From: an uncultured virus (IMG/VR IMGVR_UViG_3300020577_011735) | Lineage: Duplodnaviria; Heunggongvirae; Uroviricota; Caudoviricetes | Length of the DNA stretch: 20,000 nt | Virus record (IMG/VR): IMGVR_UViG_3300020577_011735 | Direction: 5' to 3' (one strand) | Shown here: positions 7,621-16,208 of the stretch, piece by piece | Layout of the letters: the number at the start of each line of letters is the position of its first letter | Numbering within the stretch: the stretch's first letter is position 1 | Translations under genes and position numbers: made by a program | The notes under the pieces: model-generated | What the model was told of the DNA's origin: nothing | What the model saw: the letters and a program-made list of their open reading frames with translations, nothing else | Database searches by the model: none

Positions 7621-8175
7621 ATGAAATTAAAAAAATTTAATCAATTTATAAATGAGGATTTCGATCCTGAAAATGAAGTAGGATACGATAGTGTGGACGA
7701 CTTTAAAAGAGAACTAGGTGAAGAAGAATTAGGAGAAGAAGATTTCGATCATACTGATGATGATGATGATGATGATGCCTTTTCAACCGAAAGAGAGGAA
7801 GAATTCGCTGATGAACCTGAAGATATCGTAGGAGAACTAGGTGAAGATGGTTTTGAAGACGAAGAAGGTGAAGATGATTTTGAAGAAGAAGAAGAAGAGG
7901 GCCATGAGTATAAAGGAAATTTATTAATGAGAGAACTAGCTGATATGTTAGGAACAGAGGTAGTTAATAATCAAATTAATTATAACGGTCAAAAGATCAA
8001 TTATTATTCAGAAACAGAAAAATTCCATATTGGAAGAGAAAAATTTGAAACAATTGAAGAAGTTGTGGACTTTTTAAAACCACAAACTGATGTTGCTGAA
8101 GAAGCTCCTGAAGTTGTTAGAGAAGAAAAATTGGAAGGAGTAGGGGAATCCAGAAAATATATAAAAAGATTTTAA
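7621..8175 (+). CDS. Highly acidic protein, candidate head-internal/scaffold protein
   Basis: N-terminus MKLKKFNQFINE resembles the T4 capsid-targeting sequence; long D/E tracts; own upstream motif and terminator. Confidence 0.7.
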   Translation: MKLKKFNQFINEDFDPENEVGYDSVDDFKRELGEEELGEEDFDHTDDDDDDDAFSTEREEEFADEPEDIVGELGEDGFEDEEGEDDFEEEEEEGHEYKGNLLMRELADMLGTEVVNNQINYNGQKINYYSETEKFHIGREKFETIEEVVDFLKPQTDVAEEAPEVVREEKLEGVGESRKYIKRF

Positions 8176-8177
8176 TT

Positions 8178-8201
8178 AAAGGGGATAATTTCCCCTTTTT
8201 T
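8178..8201 (+). terminator. Intrinsic terminator
   Basis: AAAGGGGA-TAATT-TCCCCTTT followed by more T residues, immediately after the stop at 8175. Confidence 0.85.
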
Positions 8202-8211
8202 ATTTCTGGTT

Positions 8212-8688
8212 ATGATTAAATTGATAAGAAAAATCAAAGAAATTTACAGGGCTGAGCATTTACATTTTTTATTCGTAGATTATTCATTTTACAAAAAGTG
8301 GAAGTGGATAATTCGTATTGTAATTTTAATGAATAAAAGATATGTTTCTTGTGAAATATTTAGAAAGAAATACAAAATACATAAAAACTTGGTTATCATT
8401 GGATTAAAATGGAATGGAAAAAATGTCAAAAGAAGAACCAATGGATATGCAAAAGGACATCTTGAAGAAAACCAGGGATTAAAATGTATCTATTGTGATA
8501 AACTATTAACCACAGAAAATGCAACTTCTGATCATATTGTTCCAATATCGAATGGTGGAAATAATTGTCAAGTAAATATCGTTATCTGTTGCACAGATTG
8601 TAATAACGAAAGAGGTAATTTGGATTTTGAAACATATTTAAAAATGAAGAATATAAACTACAAGGATCAAAAACATCCTTTTGTTTAG
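8212..8688 (+). CDS. HNH endonuclease (McrA/HNH_5-like)
   Basis: CIYC...ATSDHIVPISNGGNN...NIVICCTDCNNERG. The true start may be downstream of 8212. Confidence 0.88.
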   Translation: MIKLIRKIKEIYRAEHLHFLFVDYSFYKKWKWIIRIVILMNKRYVSCEIFRKKYKIHKNLVIIGLKWNGKNVKRRTNGYAKGHLEENQGLKCIYCDKLLTTENATSDHIVPISNGGNNCQVNIVICCTDCNNERGNLDFETYLKMKNINYKDQKHPFV

Positions 8689-9077
8689 TGAAAGATGAAT
8701 TAATATACGATTTTAGCGAAAATAGAATTATAATAGCTCATACTATCAATGTATTGTTACTCACCAATAGTGGATATCTCGCTTTTGAAAGAAACAATGT
8801 TGAAATTACAATGATTGTAAGTAGTGATAATTTTATGTGGGCATCAGATTGGTTCTCAATCCAATACGATAAACAGGGATATTCAAATACATATAAAAAG
8901 AAGATACACGTTGAATCATATAACTTAATGTTATATGGATGTTATTTAAAGTCATATAATTCAGTACAAATAGGAGAGTCAGAAGTGATAATCGGTTGTG
9001 ATTATTATGAGCGGACTTCTGAAAATTTATATCAAAACTACTATCGAGATAAAAAAATAGATAAATTACTTAGTTAA
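8688..9077 (+). CDS. Hypothetical protein
   Basis: 129-aa ORF with a GTG start; ends in RDKKIDKLLS. Confidence 0.7.
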   Translation: MKDELIYDFSENRIIIAHTINVLLLTNSGYLAFERNNVEITMIVSSDNFMWASDWFSIQYDKQGYSNTYKKKIHVESYNLMLYGCYLKSYNSVQIGESEVIIGCDYYERTSENLYQNYYRDKKIDKLLS

Positions 9078-10220
9078 TTTCTTATAATATTTCTTTTCTT
9101 TTTTGGGGATATATTTCATATCCATTTCATCTTTACTAAAATATTGATCTAAATGCAGCTTTCTATAAGGATCGTTTGCTAACTCTGAAAGTTTGTTCAA
9201 ATCTTTAATCTTACTTATTCTATGCATTAGTTTATAGGGATCCTCCGATCCTTTCTTCTTTACAATATCTTCAAATAATTTCTTCCATAGAAATACTGGA
9301 TATCCTTCTCTTAATTTCTTTTCAGATTGTTCATATCCCGCACTATCATTATCAAGAAAAAATTGTATCTCTAAGTTATTGTTTTCCAGGAATTTAAAAT
9401 CAGTATTAACACCCACAACCCCAATGCTATTTGGATAAAAAAGTGAATCAAGATACCCCTCAAAAATAGTTATCATATGTCCAAAGTCAACATTTAGAAT
9501 ATTAAAATAATAACTTAATTTATTATAAATAACAAGTTGATTAATATCTATATCTATAATTTCCTCAACATTATGAATCCACTTATATAGTGTTTCATAG
9601 TTGTAGATTTTAAACATTCTTCTTTTGCCCTCTTTAATATTCCTAACCTGAGCTCCGAGAACCTTATCACCTCTTCGGTTTAGGAAGCACATAATTGGTT
9701 CATACCTATCTGAATTATACCAATATTTTGCCTCATAAATATCCCTATGATATTGTGGTGATATTCCCCTGCCAATCAAATAGTTAAAAATGATACTATT
9801 TTTTTGTATTGGTTGGAAATCTGTTATTGCATAATCACCACTTGTAAATATATCTTCTATATCTTTTATATTTAACATCTTATCTAAAGATGTTTCCATT
9901 ATATCATCCTCATAGTCTTTATAGGAAACAGCATTTTCTAAATGCTTTATTATTTCCATCTTTTTATCAGGATCTAATTGTTGATGATAATCCTTGGCAA
10001 CTCGGTCGAAATTTGTTTTCTTACCACAGTTAAAACATACATACATTAACTTATTGAAGTATAAATTACCCCTTTTTTTATGATCACTTTTACCATCACC
10101 ACAATAAAAACAACAGAAATTAATACGATCATGATATTCATGTATCTTTTTCCTTTCGGCAGATTTAAATTCATTGTTTAAAATATTTCGAATTATGTTT
10201 GTTATATAAACTTTATCCAT
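9066..10220 (-). CDS. DNA primase, T4 gp61-like
   Basis: N-terminal Zn finger NFCCFYCGD...KRG...CFNCG, YLIGRGI, TOPRIM motifs IFEGYLDSLF and LDND, and KDLN near the C-terminus. Confidence 0.9.
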   Translation of the reverse strand: MDKVYITNIIRNILNNEFKSAERKKIHEYHDRINFCCFYCGDGKSDHKKRGNLYFNKLMYVCFNCGKKTNFDRVAKDYHQQLDPDKKMEIIKHLENAVSYKDYEDDIMETSLDKMLNIKDIEDIFTSGDYAITDFQPIQKNSIIFNYLIGRGISPQYHRDIYEAKYWYNSDRYEPIMCFLNRRGDKVLGAQVRNIKEGKRRMFKIYNYETLYKWIHNVEEIIDIDINQLVIYNKLSYYFNILNVDFGHMITIFEGYLDSLFYPNSIGVVGVNTDFKFLENNNLEIQFFLDNDSAGYEQSEKKLREGYPVFLWKKLFEDIVKKKGSEDPYKLMHRISKIKDLNKLSELANDPYRKLHLDQYFSKDEMDMKYIPKKEKKYYKKLTK

Positions 10221-10257
10221 CTAATTCATATAGTGAATATATTATTGTAAGTTTGAT

Positions 10258-10288
10258 TTTGTAATTTTACAAAAAGTTATTATATTTG
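10258..10288 (+). promoter_or_regulatory. Bacteroidota-type housekeeping promoter (-33 TTTG / -7 TAnnTTTG)
   Basis: TTTG at 10258-10261, a 19-nt spacer and TATATTTG at 10281-10288, upstream of ATG 10296. Confidence 0.65.
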
Positions 10289-10295
10289 TATTTAT

Positions 10296-10541
10296 ATGGG
10301 TGAAATAAAAGAACATAAGGGATTTGTCGTAGGTGAAAAGGTTATTTGTATTTTAAATAACCGTTCTAGTTTAACGGTTGGTAAAGAGTATATAATTGAT
10401 TCACTTGAAGTATATTCAGGTGATGAAAATTTTTGGATATGTGTCATAAATGACACAAAATTCGGGCAAGCATATCATTATAGTCGATTCATAAGCAAAG
10501 GAGATTTTAGAAAACATATAATTGATGATATTTTAAAATAA
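10296..10541 (+). CDS. Small SH3/KOW-like hypothetical protein, paralog of 1356..1601
   Basis: GEKVICI...LTVGKEYII; ends in FRKHIIDDILK. Confidence 0.7.
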   Translation: MGEIKEHKGFVVGEKVICILNNRSSLTVGKEYIIDSLEVYSGDENFWICVINDTKFGQAYHYSRFISKGDFRKHIIDDILK

Positions 10542-10547
10542 ATAAAT

Positions 10548-10811
10548 ATGAATATAGTAGATTTCTACAAAAAACTATCCCGTATATTAGAAATGTGCCG
10601 GGAAAAAAGCATTTCACACAGTGATGCTCAATTTCAATTATCACAGTTATTAGAAGAAGCTGCGAAGTCAAATTTGGATGTTGATGTATCTGATAAAATT
10701 CTCAATATTGATAATCTTCTAAATTATGATGATGAAATGTCATATGAGGAACAATCCTATGATTCATATGAGTCTTCTTATGAGGATGGTGAAGAATCAT
10801 CTTATGATTAA
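10548..10811 (+). CDS. Hypothetical protein with an acidic Ser-Tyr repeat tail
   Basis: C-terminus SYEEQSYDSYESSYEDGEESSYD. Confidence 0.7.
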   Translation: MNIVDFYKKLSRILEMCREKSISHSDAQFQLSQLLEEAAKSNLDVDVSDKILNIDNLLNYDDEMSYEEQSYDSYESSYEDGEESSYD

Positions 10812-10822
10812 AAAATAATATT

Positions 10823-11737
10823 ATGTTAATTATTGGATCAAAAGCACTTACATACCATTATCCATCTTTAAATAGGAAGGTTAAGGATATTGATTTAATC
10901 GGATATAAATCTGATTTACAATATTTGATTAGCACATTAAACCCATCAAAAATTAAGGAAGGAGATGGTATCACCTCACTAATTGGAATTCAAAATAAGT
11001 CAGCATTCTACGATACTGAAAATGTAGAGGTTCTAATTGCAGATGAGTCCAGCTCACTCCGGTTATACCTTGATTTTGATTCTAGTGATCGTGGATTAAA
11101 ATGGGCTTCCTTAGAGGTTTTACTTTCTCTAAAGAAAAGTCATATACATTTCCCTATTAAATTTAATAAGCATATTGTTGACTATACCTTTTTAAATGAA
11201 AAATTAGGAGGAGATTATTTAGATAATATTACTAAACTACGTTATAAAGAAACCGAAGAAAGGCTTGGTAAGTTAAAAACGCCATCTTTAAATAAACCAA
11301 TTACTGAATTTTTCGGACAATCAAAGGGGTTTGTTAAATCTTATTTCATTCACGATGATATTCATAAAGCAGTTGCACATTATGATAAACCACTGTATTT
11401 AAATATGCAGAGGGATATAACTATTGCTAAATGTGAAAAAGATATGTGGAATAGATTTTCATTTGAAAACAAATGTAAATGTGTATTAGAAGAAGCCTAT
11501 GTCATTGCACTTGAAAGAAAAGTGTTACCTGGTATCTTTGGGAAAGCAAGTTGGGTTTCATCAAACGAAGCATTAGAATGGGCATTAATGAGGATATGCA
11601 CTAACTTATGTTCTGGATGGTTTCGACAATTTGCAACCGATTATTTCTTTAAAATAAAAGAGTTTGTTAATGATAACTACGTTGTAGACTTTTTAGAAAA
11701 ATATAATAATAACCAAATATGTCGGATCAAAGAGTAA
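10823..11737 (+). CDS. Phage protein with a nucleotidyltransferase-like N-terminus
   Basis: LIIGSKAL...KDIDLI matches the Pol-beta superfamily hG[GS]...DxD pattern; also LKKSH, HDDIH and EEAYVIALER motifs. Confidence 0.6.
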   Translation: MLIIGSKALTYHYPSLNRKVKDIDLIGYKSDLQYLISTLNPSKIKEGDGITSLIGIQNKSAFYDTENVEVLIADESSSLRLYLDFDSSDRGLKWASLEVLLSLKKSHIHFPIKFNKHIVDYTFLNEKLGGDYLDNITKLRYKETEERLGKLKTPSLNKPITEFFGQSKGFVKSYFIHDDIHKAVAHYDKPLYLNMQRDITIAKCEKDMWNRFSFENKCKCVLEEAYVIALERKVLPGIFGKASWVSSNEALEWALMRICTNLCSGWFRQFATDYFFKIKEFVNDNYVVDFLEKYNNNQICRIKE

Positions 11738-12030
11738 TAGCCAAGGCTATTAAAATTGAATCATTTCAAGAAGGTAAAGTACTACAAGTTAAAAAAGGTG
11801 ATATCCTTAATGGATATTTTTTTGAATGGCCTGTTGTAGGAAAAAGTTTTGTTATATATACATGTTCACCAGAAGATATTAATAGTTCACCTGCTCCAGT
11901 ATTTCCTATATTTACTACTGAGGTTAAAGAAATAATTGATGATAGAACATTTAAAACAAGAAACTCTATATATAAAATAGTTACATTAGAAGATGAAAGG
12001 GATGAAAAAATTAAAATTATTTTAAAATGA
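11719..12030 (+). CDS. Hypothetical protein
   Basis: 103-aa ORF with FKTRNSIY; ends in RDEKIKIILK. Confidence 0.7.
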   Translation: MSDQRVIAKAIKIESFQEGKVLQVKKGDILNGYFFEWPVVGKSFVIYTCSPEDINSSPAPVFPIFTTEVKEIIDDRTFKTRNSIYKIVTLEDERDEKIKIILK

Positions 12031-12383
12031 GTTTATTTAGACGAAGTGGATTTGTCGATAATATTAAAGATAAAAGAATTGGACTTCTTTTTCTAAAAGT
12101 AGGCTATGATACATCAACAAAACCAGCAATTACCGTAATAACACCAAATAACGGAAATTATGGAAACTATAATGTAATTATTGAAGTAAAGGAGGTTTAT
12201 TGTGATAAGTTATTATCAAAAATAAAAGTTATAACTACACCATTTAATAAGTCAGATTACAGTAGAAGACGAATTTTAGAAAGTAAATATTTTCCAGTAT
12301 GGACAGAAAATAAAAATATTTATTGGCTATCTCCACCAACTGATGTAGATAGAGATAATAAGTTAAAAGAAATTTTAAAATAA
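12027..12383 (+). CDS. Hypothetical protein
   Basis: 118-aa ORF, 4-nt overlap with the upstream gene; ends in RDNKLKEILK. Confidence 0.7.
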   Translation: MSLFRRSGFVDNIKDKRIGLLFLKVGYDTSTKPAITVITPNNGNYGNYNVIIEVKEVYCDKLLSKIKVITTPFNKSDYSRRRILESKYFPVWTENKNIYWLSPPTDVDRDNKLKEILK

Positions 12384-12403
12384 TTTTTTTTTCGATGGTA
12401 TTT

Positions 12404-12413
12404 TTAATATATA
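12404..12413 (+). promoter_or_regulatory. TTAATATATA putative phage (late) promoter motif
   Basis: Exact match 7 nt upstream of ATG 12421. Confidence 0.55.
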
Positions 12414-12420
12414 TAATTAT

Positions 12421-14370
12421 ATGTGTAAAAATACCAATCATACTCATGAGAGTATATTAAAATTTGACAATTTCTTATTAGAAAGTAAAATTGCTAAATT
12501 ATTACTTGAAGGAAATTTAATGGCATCTGATAAGTTTCTTACCCGATTATCAGGTATAAATAATAATCATATCGCTATTGACCTTTTAAAAGCATTTTCC
12601 GATAAAACATTTATTGATAAGGATCTACCACAAAACTGGGTTGATATAACAGATAAAGAGGATACCGTTAGCTTTATGGCAGATAGGGGAGCTAATAAGA
12701 TAATGCATGCGGGCGGTGATCCAGAGTTAATATTTACGTCTAAAAGTAGAAATGAAGTTAAAGTTGGTAGATTTGCAAGAGCAATTCTAACTGAGTTAGG
12801 TAAAACAGTTAGTGATAAGGATATTGAAAACTTCGTTAATATCTATAAATCATCAAAAGTAGACACATCTAAAAAATTTGAATTAGTTAGTGGATCACTA
12901 ATTAAGAAATATTATTTATATAGCAACTATTCGAAAAATACTGGATCATTGGGTGGATCTTGTATGAGAGGTAATGATTGTCAGAGATACTTTAAAATTT
13001 ACACAAAGAATCCAGAAGCTTGCCAATTATTAGTTTATCTTGATGAACAAGGTAAAGTATTGGGAAGAGCTCTTGTATGGAAAATTTTCAAAAAAGAATT
13101 ATATAAAACACCTGATCAAACTAAATTTGAGTGTGAATCAGAATATTTTATGGATAGAGTATACACTGCTAATGATTCTGATGTTATTAAATTTATAAAT
13201 TATGCTAAAGAAAAAGGATGGATTTATAAACAAAAAATGACTTCAGATGAAAGATTAGGATTAATATTTAAATATGGAGATCAAATAATTTTTGGTAAAT
13301 TAATAGTTAAACTTCATAGATTACATTTTAGTAAATACCCATTTGTAGATACACTATCTTTTTCAGATGGTGATTCAATGATAAGTAATGTTGGGTTTAC
13401 TATTGATGATGATGACGATGATGCTGATGAAGGATTTATTATGTGTGACACCGAAGGTAACCATGAATCTTGTAGCAATTGTGATGGAACAGGATATGAT
13501 GATGATGATGGGACGGAATGTAAAAAATGTGATGGAGATGGTGAGGTGATCTGTACAATATGTCGAGGTGGTGGTAATATAATATGTACAAAGTGTGATG
13601 GAGGCGGAGATATAAAATGTATTACTTGTGATGGAGATGGAGATGTTACTTGTACAGACTGTAACGGGGAGGGAGATATAAATTGTGCTGATTGTGATGG
13701 GAATGGACACAAAGAATGTAATACCTGTCATGGTGAAGGTGATATGGGTGAATGTAAGGCGTGTGATGGTCAATCATATGTTACTTGTGCTGATTGTAAA
13801 GGAGAGCCAATTACTTGTACTGGATGTAAAGGTGTAGGTGAAATAACTAGAAAATGGGGTAAGGGGACTAGAAGGGTTAAATGTCCAGACTGTGGCGGTG
13901 CCGGAAAAGCATCAAGTGGTGAAATTGGGAGAGAAGGATGTCGTTGTAAATCATGTTCAGTAGTAGGTTGGGATAAAACGTGGCGTAATAGACTTGAGGT
14001 ACCCTGTAAACAATGTGATGGTGAAGGTGTAATAGTTTGTAAAACTTGTAAAGATGAAGACGACCCCGGTCAAATTGAATGTAGGACATGTAAAGGACAA
14101 GGTACTAAAAGATGTACAAAATGTAATTGGGGTAGTATAGAGTGTAAAGATTGTAATGGAAGTGGAAGCAAGGGAGAGTGTAAAGACTGTAAAGGGAGTG
14201 GAAAACTTGGCAAATGTAAAACTTGTAAAGGCGGTCAAGTTAAATGTGATGTTTGTAATGGCACCGGAGATAGACCTAAAGGAAGTGATAAAGAACTTTG
14301 CCCTGAATGTGCAGGATTACTTAATGAACTTAAAAAAGATTTAGCGACAAACAAATATAGAATATTATAA
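12421..14370 (+). CDS. Large protein: globular domain (GSCM...GRALVW...MDRVY) plus 22 DnaJ-type CxxC(xGxG) zinc-finger motifs
   Basis: 649 aa; CxxC motifs counted from 13471 to 14316. No J-domain HPD motif, so it is not DnaJ. Confidence 0.85.
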   Translation: MCKNTNHTHESILKFDNFLLESKIAKLLLEGNLMASDKFLTRLSGINNNHIAIDLLKAFSDKTFIDKDLPQNWVDITDKEDTVSFMADRGANKIMHAGGDPELIFTSKSRNEVKVGRFARAILTELGKTVSDKDIENFVNIYKSSKVDTSKKFELVSGSLIKKYYLYSNYSKNTGSLGGSCMRGNDCQRYFKIYTKNPEACQLLVYLDEQGKVLGRALVWKIFKKELYKTPDQTKFECESEYFMDRVYTANDSDVIKFINYAKEKGWIYKQKMTSDERLGLIFKYGDQIIFGKLIVKLHRLHFSKYPFVDTLSFSDGDSMISNVGFTIDDDDDDADEGFIMCDTEGNHESCSNCDGTGYDDDDGTECKKCDGDGEVICTICRGGGNIICTKCDGGGDIKCITCDGDGDVTCTDCNGEGDINCADCDGNGHKECNTCHGEGDMGECKACDGQSYVTCADCKGEPITCTGCKGVGEITRKWGKGTRRVKCPDCGGAGKASSGEIGREGCRCKSCSVVGWDKTWRNRLEVPCKQCDGEGVIVCKTCKDEDDPGQIECRTCKGQGTKRCTKCNWGSIECKDCNGSGSKGECKDCKGSGKLGKCKTCKGGQVKCDVCNGTGDRPKGSDKELCPECAGLLNELKKDLATNKYRIL

Positions 14371-14373
14371 ATA

Positions 14374-14403
14374 AAAAACCCCTTCCAATCAGAAGGGGTT
14401 TTT
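14374..14403. terminator. Bidirectional intrinsic terminator
   Basis: AAAAACCCCTTC-CAATCA-GAAGGGGTTTTT, a perfect 12-bp inverted repeat between convergent genes. Confidence 0.9.
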
Positions 14404-14415
14404 ATTTAATCAAAT

Positions 14416-14697
14416 TTATTTCCAACTTTTAGACTCATATTCTAACTCAGAAGTTGGTTCAATTTCGGATTTAGAATCTTCTTCTTTAGCATTTAAAACC
14501 TCACTATATAAATTCTTTAATTGTGTATCATTCATTGATTTTAAATCATTTATATCATAAACATTCTGTAATTCAGAAAGTTGTTTAATTAAATCATCTA
14601 AAGAAGAATGTGAAACTTTTGTTTCATCCACGTTTAGTTCCTCTTTTATTTCGTAGTTTTCTTTTACGAAACCTTCGAATTTTAGAATGTTTCTCAT
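14416..14697 (-). CDS. Acidic hypothetical protein, candidate head-internal protein
   Basis: N-terminus MRNILKFEGFVKE; last gene of a 3-gene minus-strand operon. Confidence 0.7.
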   Translation of the reverse strand: MRNILKFEGFVKENYEIKEELNVDETKVSHSSLDDLIKQLSELQNVYDINDLKSMNDTQLKNLYSEVLNAKEEDSKSEIEPTSELEYESKSWK

Positions 14698-14700
14698 CTC

Positions 14701-15777
14701 TTATACTTTTTTTTTATCTACAACGGTTAGATCTTTTAATTGACCTATCTGATTTTTAAATTGATTATGATAATCGTCATTTGAAAAATCTTTGCTATTT
14801 GGATAAAGATTTTGAGTCATGTTATTCCATTTTGTGAATGGAATAACACTACTATCTGTTCCCCAAGTTCCAGCACCATTCCCCCAAGATGTTGTTGATT
14901 CTACTACTTGAGGATCTATTTTAGTTCTAACCCCACCTTTTATTTCTCTTTTGGATGTATCATAAATATTATAATTGATTAAATATTTTAATGATAATTC
15001 ATCTCTAAATAGTTTTTCAATATGTTTAACATTTTTAATATCATCATCAGAGAATCCTAAGGAAACACTTTTAGCACCAATTTTTTGACCAAATTCATTT
15101 ACTTGTTTAGTAAATTCTTTAATTGCCATTTCTTTTCCTTTTTCTGGATTGCCAGCATCGCCTAATCCAAATTTCTTAATACAGAAATTAGAGGAAACTC
15201 CATAATAATCACAACTATTTAAATAGTCTTGAATTAGTTTGGTTTTACTAAGCTGTCCTCTTGGTATTCTATCATATGAGTCATAATCAGCTCCAAATAA
15301 ATATGCAAACTTTAAACAATGTGCATATAAACTATGTTTTTGATTTTCAGTTAATATATTATCTATAATATATTCTACTGCCATTTTAATTGCATTTGGT
15401 TCATGCCCTCTTGCTGTAATTATAGCAAAGATAGTGCCTTGAGATAAATATTCAATAAATGCATCCCAACTAGGTCCAAAATCTCCATTATTTATAGCAG
15501 AAATGGTGTCTTCAAGGAAAGCTGTTTCACCTCTAGGCCCAAAATCTCTAAATTCGGAAAATGAATCATCTCTGTACCTCCAGTTTACTTTATCATTTCT
15601 AACAGTCGCAAACTTCGCAGTGGAAACAGGCTCATGCACCCATTCACCATCTACTAGATGGTCTAAGTGAATAAAGGTTGGCATATGTAGAATATTATCA
15701 TCCCAATCTAGTGCTAAATACTTTAGATCTATGCCAGGTGAACTTTCCAAAAGATACTCGTAATATCTTCTAATCAT
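14701..15777 (-). CDS. HAD-superfamily phosphatase-like protein
   Basis: Motif I LALDWDDNIL (DxD), motif II IITARG, a Lys in PEKGK and motif IV GFSDD. Confidence 0.75.
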   Translation of the reverse strand: MIRRYYEYLLESSPGIDLKYLALDWDDNILHMPTFIHLDHLVDGEWVHEPVSTAKFATVRNDKVNWRYRDDSFSEFRDFGPRGETAFLEDTISAINNGDFGPSWDAFIEYLSQGTIFAIITARGHEPNAIKMAVEYIIDNILTENQKHSLYAHCLKFAYLFGADYDSYDRIPRGQLSKTKLIQDYLNSCDYYGVSSNFCIKKFGLGDAGNPEKGKEMAIKEFTKQVNEFGQKIGAKSVSLGFSDDDIKNVKHIEKLFRDELSLKYLINYNIYDTSKREIKGGVRTKIDPQVVESTTSWGNGAGTWGTDSSVIPFTKWNNMTQNLYPNSKDFSNDDYHNQFKNQIGQLKDLTVVDKKKV

Positions 15778-15784
15778 TTAATAA

Positions 15785-16129
15785 TTATTTTCTTTTTTGG
15801 ATGAATGAATTAAAGGATTCTAATTTACCTTCTTCTTCAACATCTTCAAGGTCTTCTTCATAATCTTCGTCCCCTTCTGAAGGTTCTTCCATCTCTCCTA
15901 CTTCTCCCTCTTCACCTTCAAAATCTTCTGCATCATCGAAGTCACCCTCTTGAGCTTCTTCATCACCAAAAGCGTGTAATCCTTCCTCACCTTCTACTTC
16001 TTCACCTTCTTCACCTTCTAAAGTAAATTCCTCAACAGTTTCGTCATCTTTCAACGCACTAACTGATATATTACCTTCAGATTCTTCAATTACTATTTGG
16101 TAACCATGAATTTCAATTGTTGTTTTCAT
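15785..16129 (-). CDS. Highly acidic hypothetical protein
   Basis: E/D/G-rich; C-terminal KLESFNSFIQKRK; TTAATATATA upstream. Confidence 0.7.
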   Translation of the reverse strand: MKTTIEIHGYQIVIEESEGNISVSALKDDETVEEFTLEGEEGEEVEGEEGLHAFGDEEAQEGDFDDAEDFEGEEGEVGEMEEPSEGDEDYEEDLEDVEEEGKLESFNSFIQKRK

Positions 16130-16149
16130 ACTTTTTTATTATTTTCTTT

Positions 16150-16159
16150 TATATATTAA
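16150..16159 (-). promoter_or_regulatory. TTAATATATA putative phage (late) promoter motif
   Basis: Exact match upstream of the 16129 to 14416 operon. Confidence 0.55.
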
Positions 16160-16208
16160 ACTTTTATTTTCGTATTTTGTAAAATTCAAAAAGATATATA
16201 TATACTAC

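Noticed and set aside
7755..7900. GAT/GAA trinucleotide runs as tandem-repeat elements
   Set aside because: They simply encode poly-Asp/Glu tracts of an acidic protein.
13314..14344. Antisense and alternate-frame ORFs 13314..13712, 13375..13773, 13877..14089, 13957..14238 and 14156..14344
   Set aside because: They are shadows of the repetitive Cys/Gly-rich coding strand.
12421..14370. Annotation as chaperone DnaJ
   Set aside because: There is no J-domain/HPD motif or G/F region; only the zinc-finger motif is shared.
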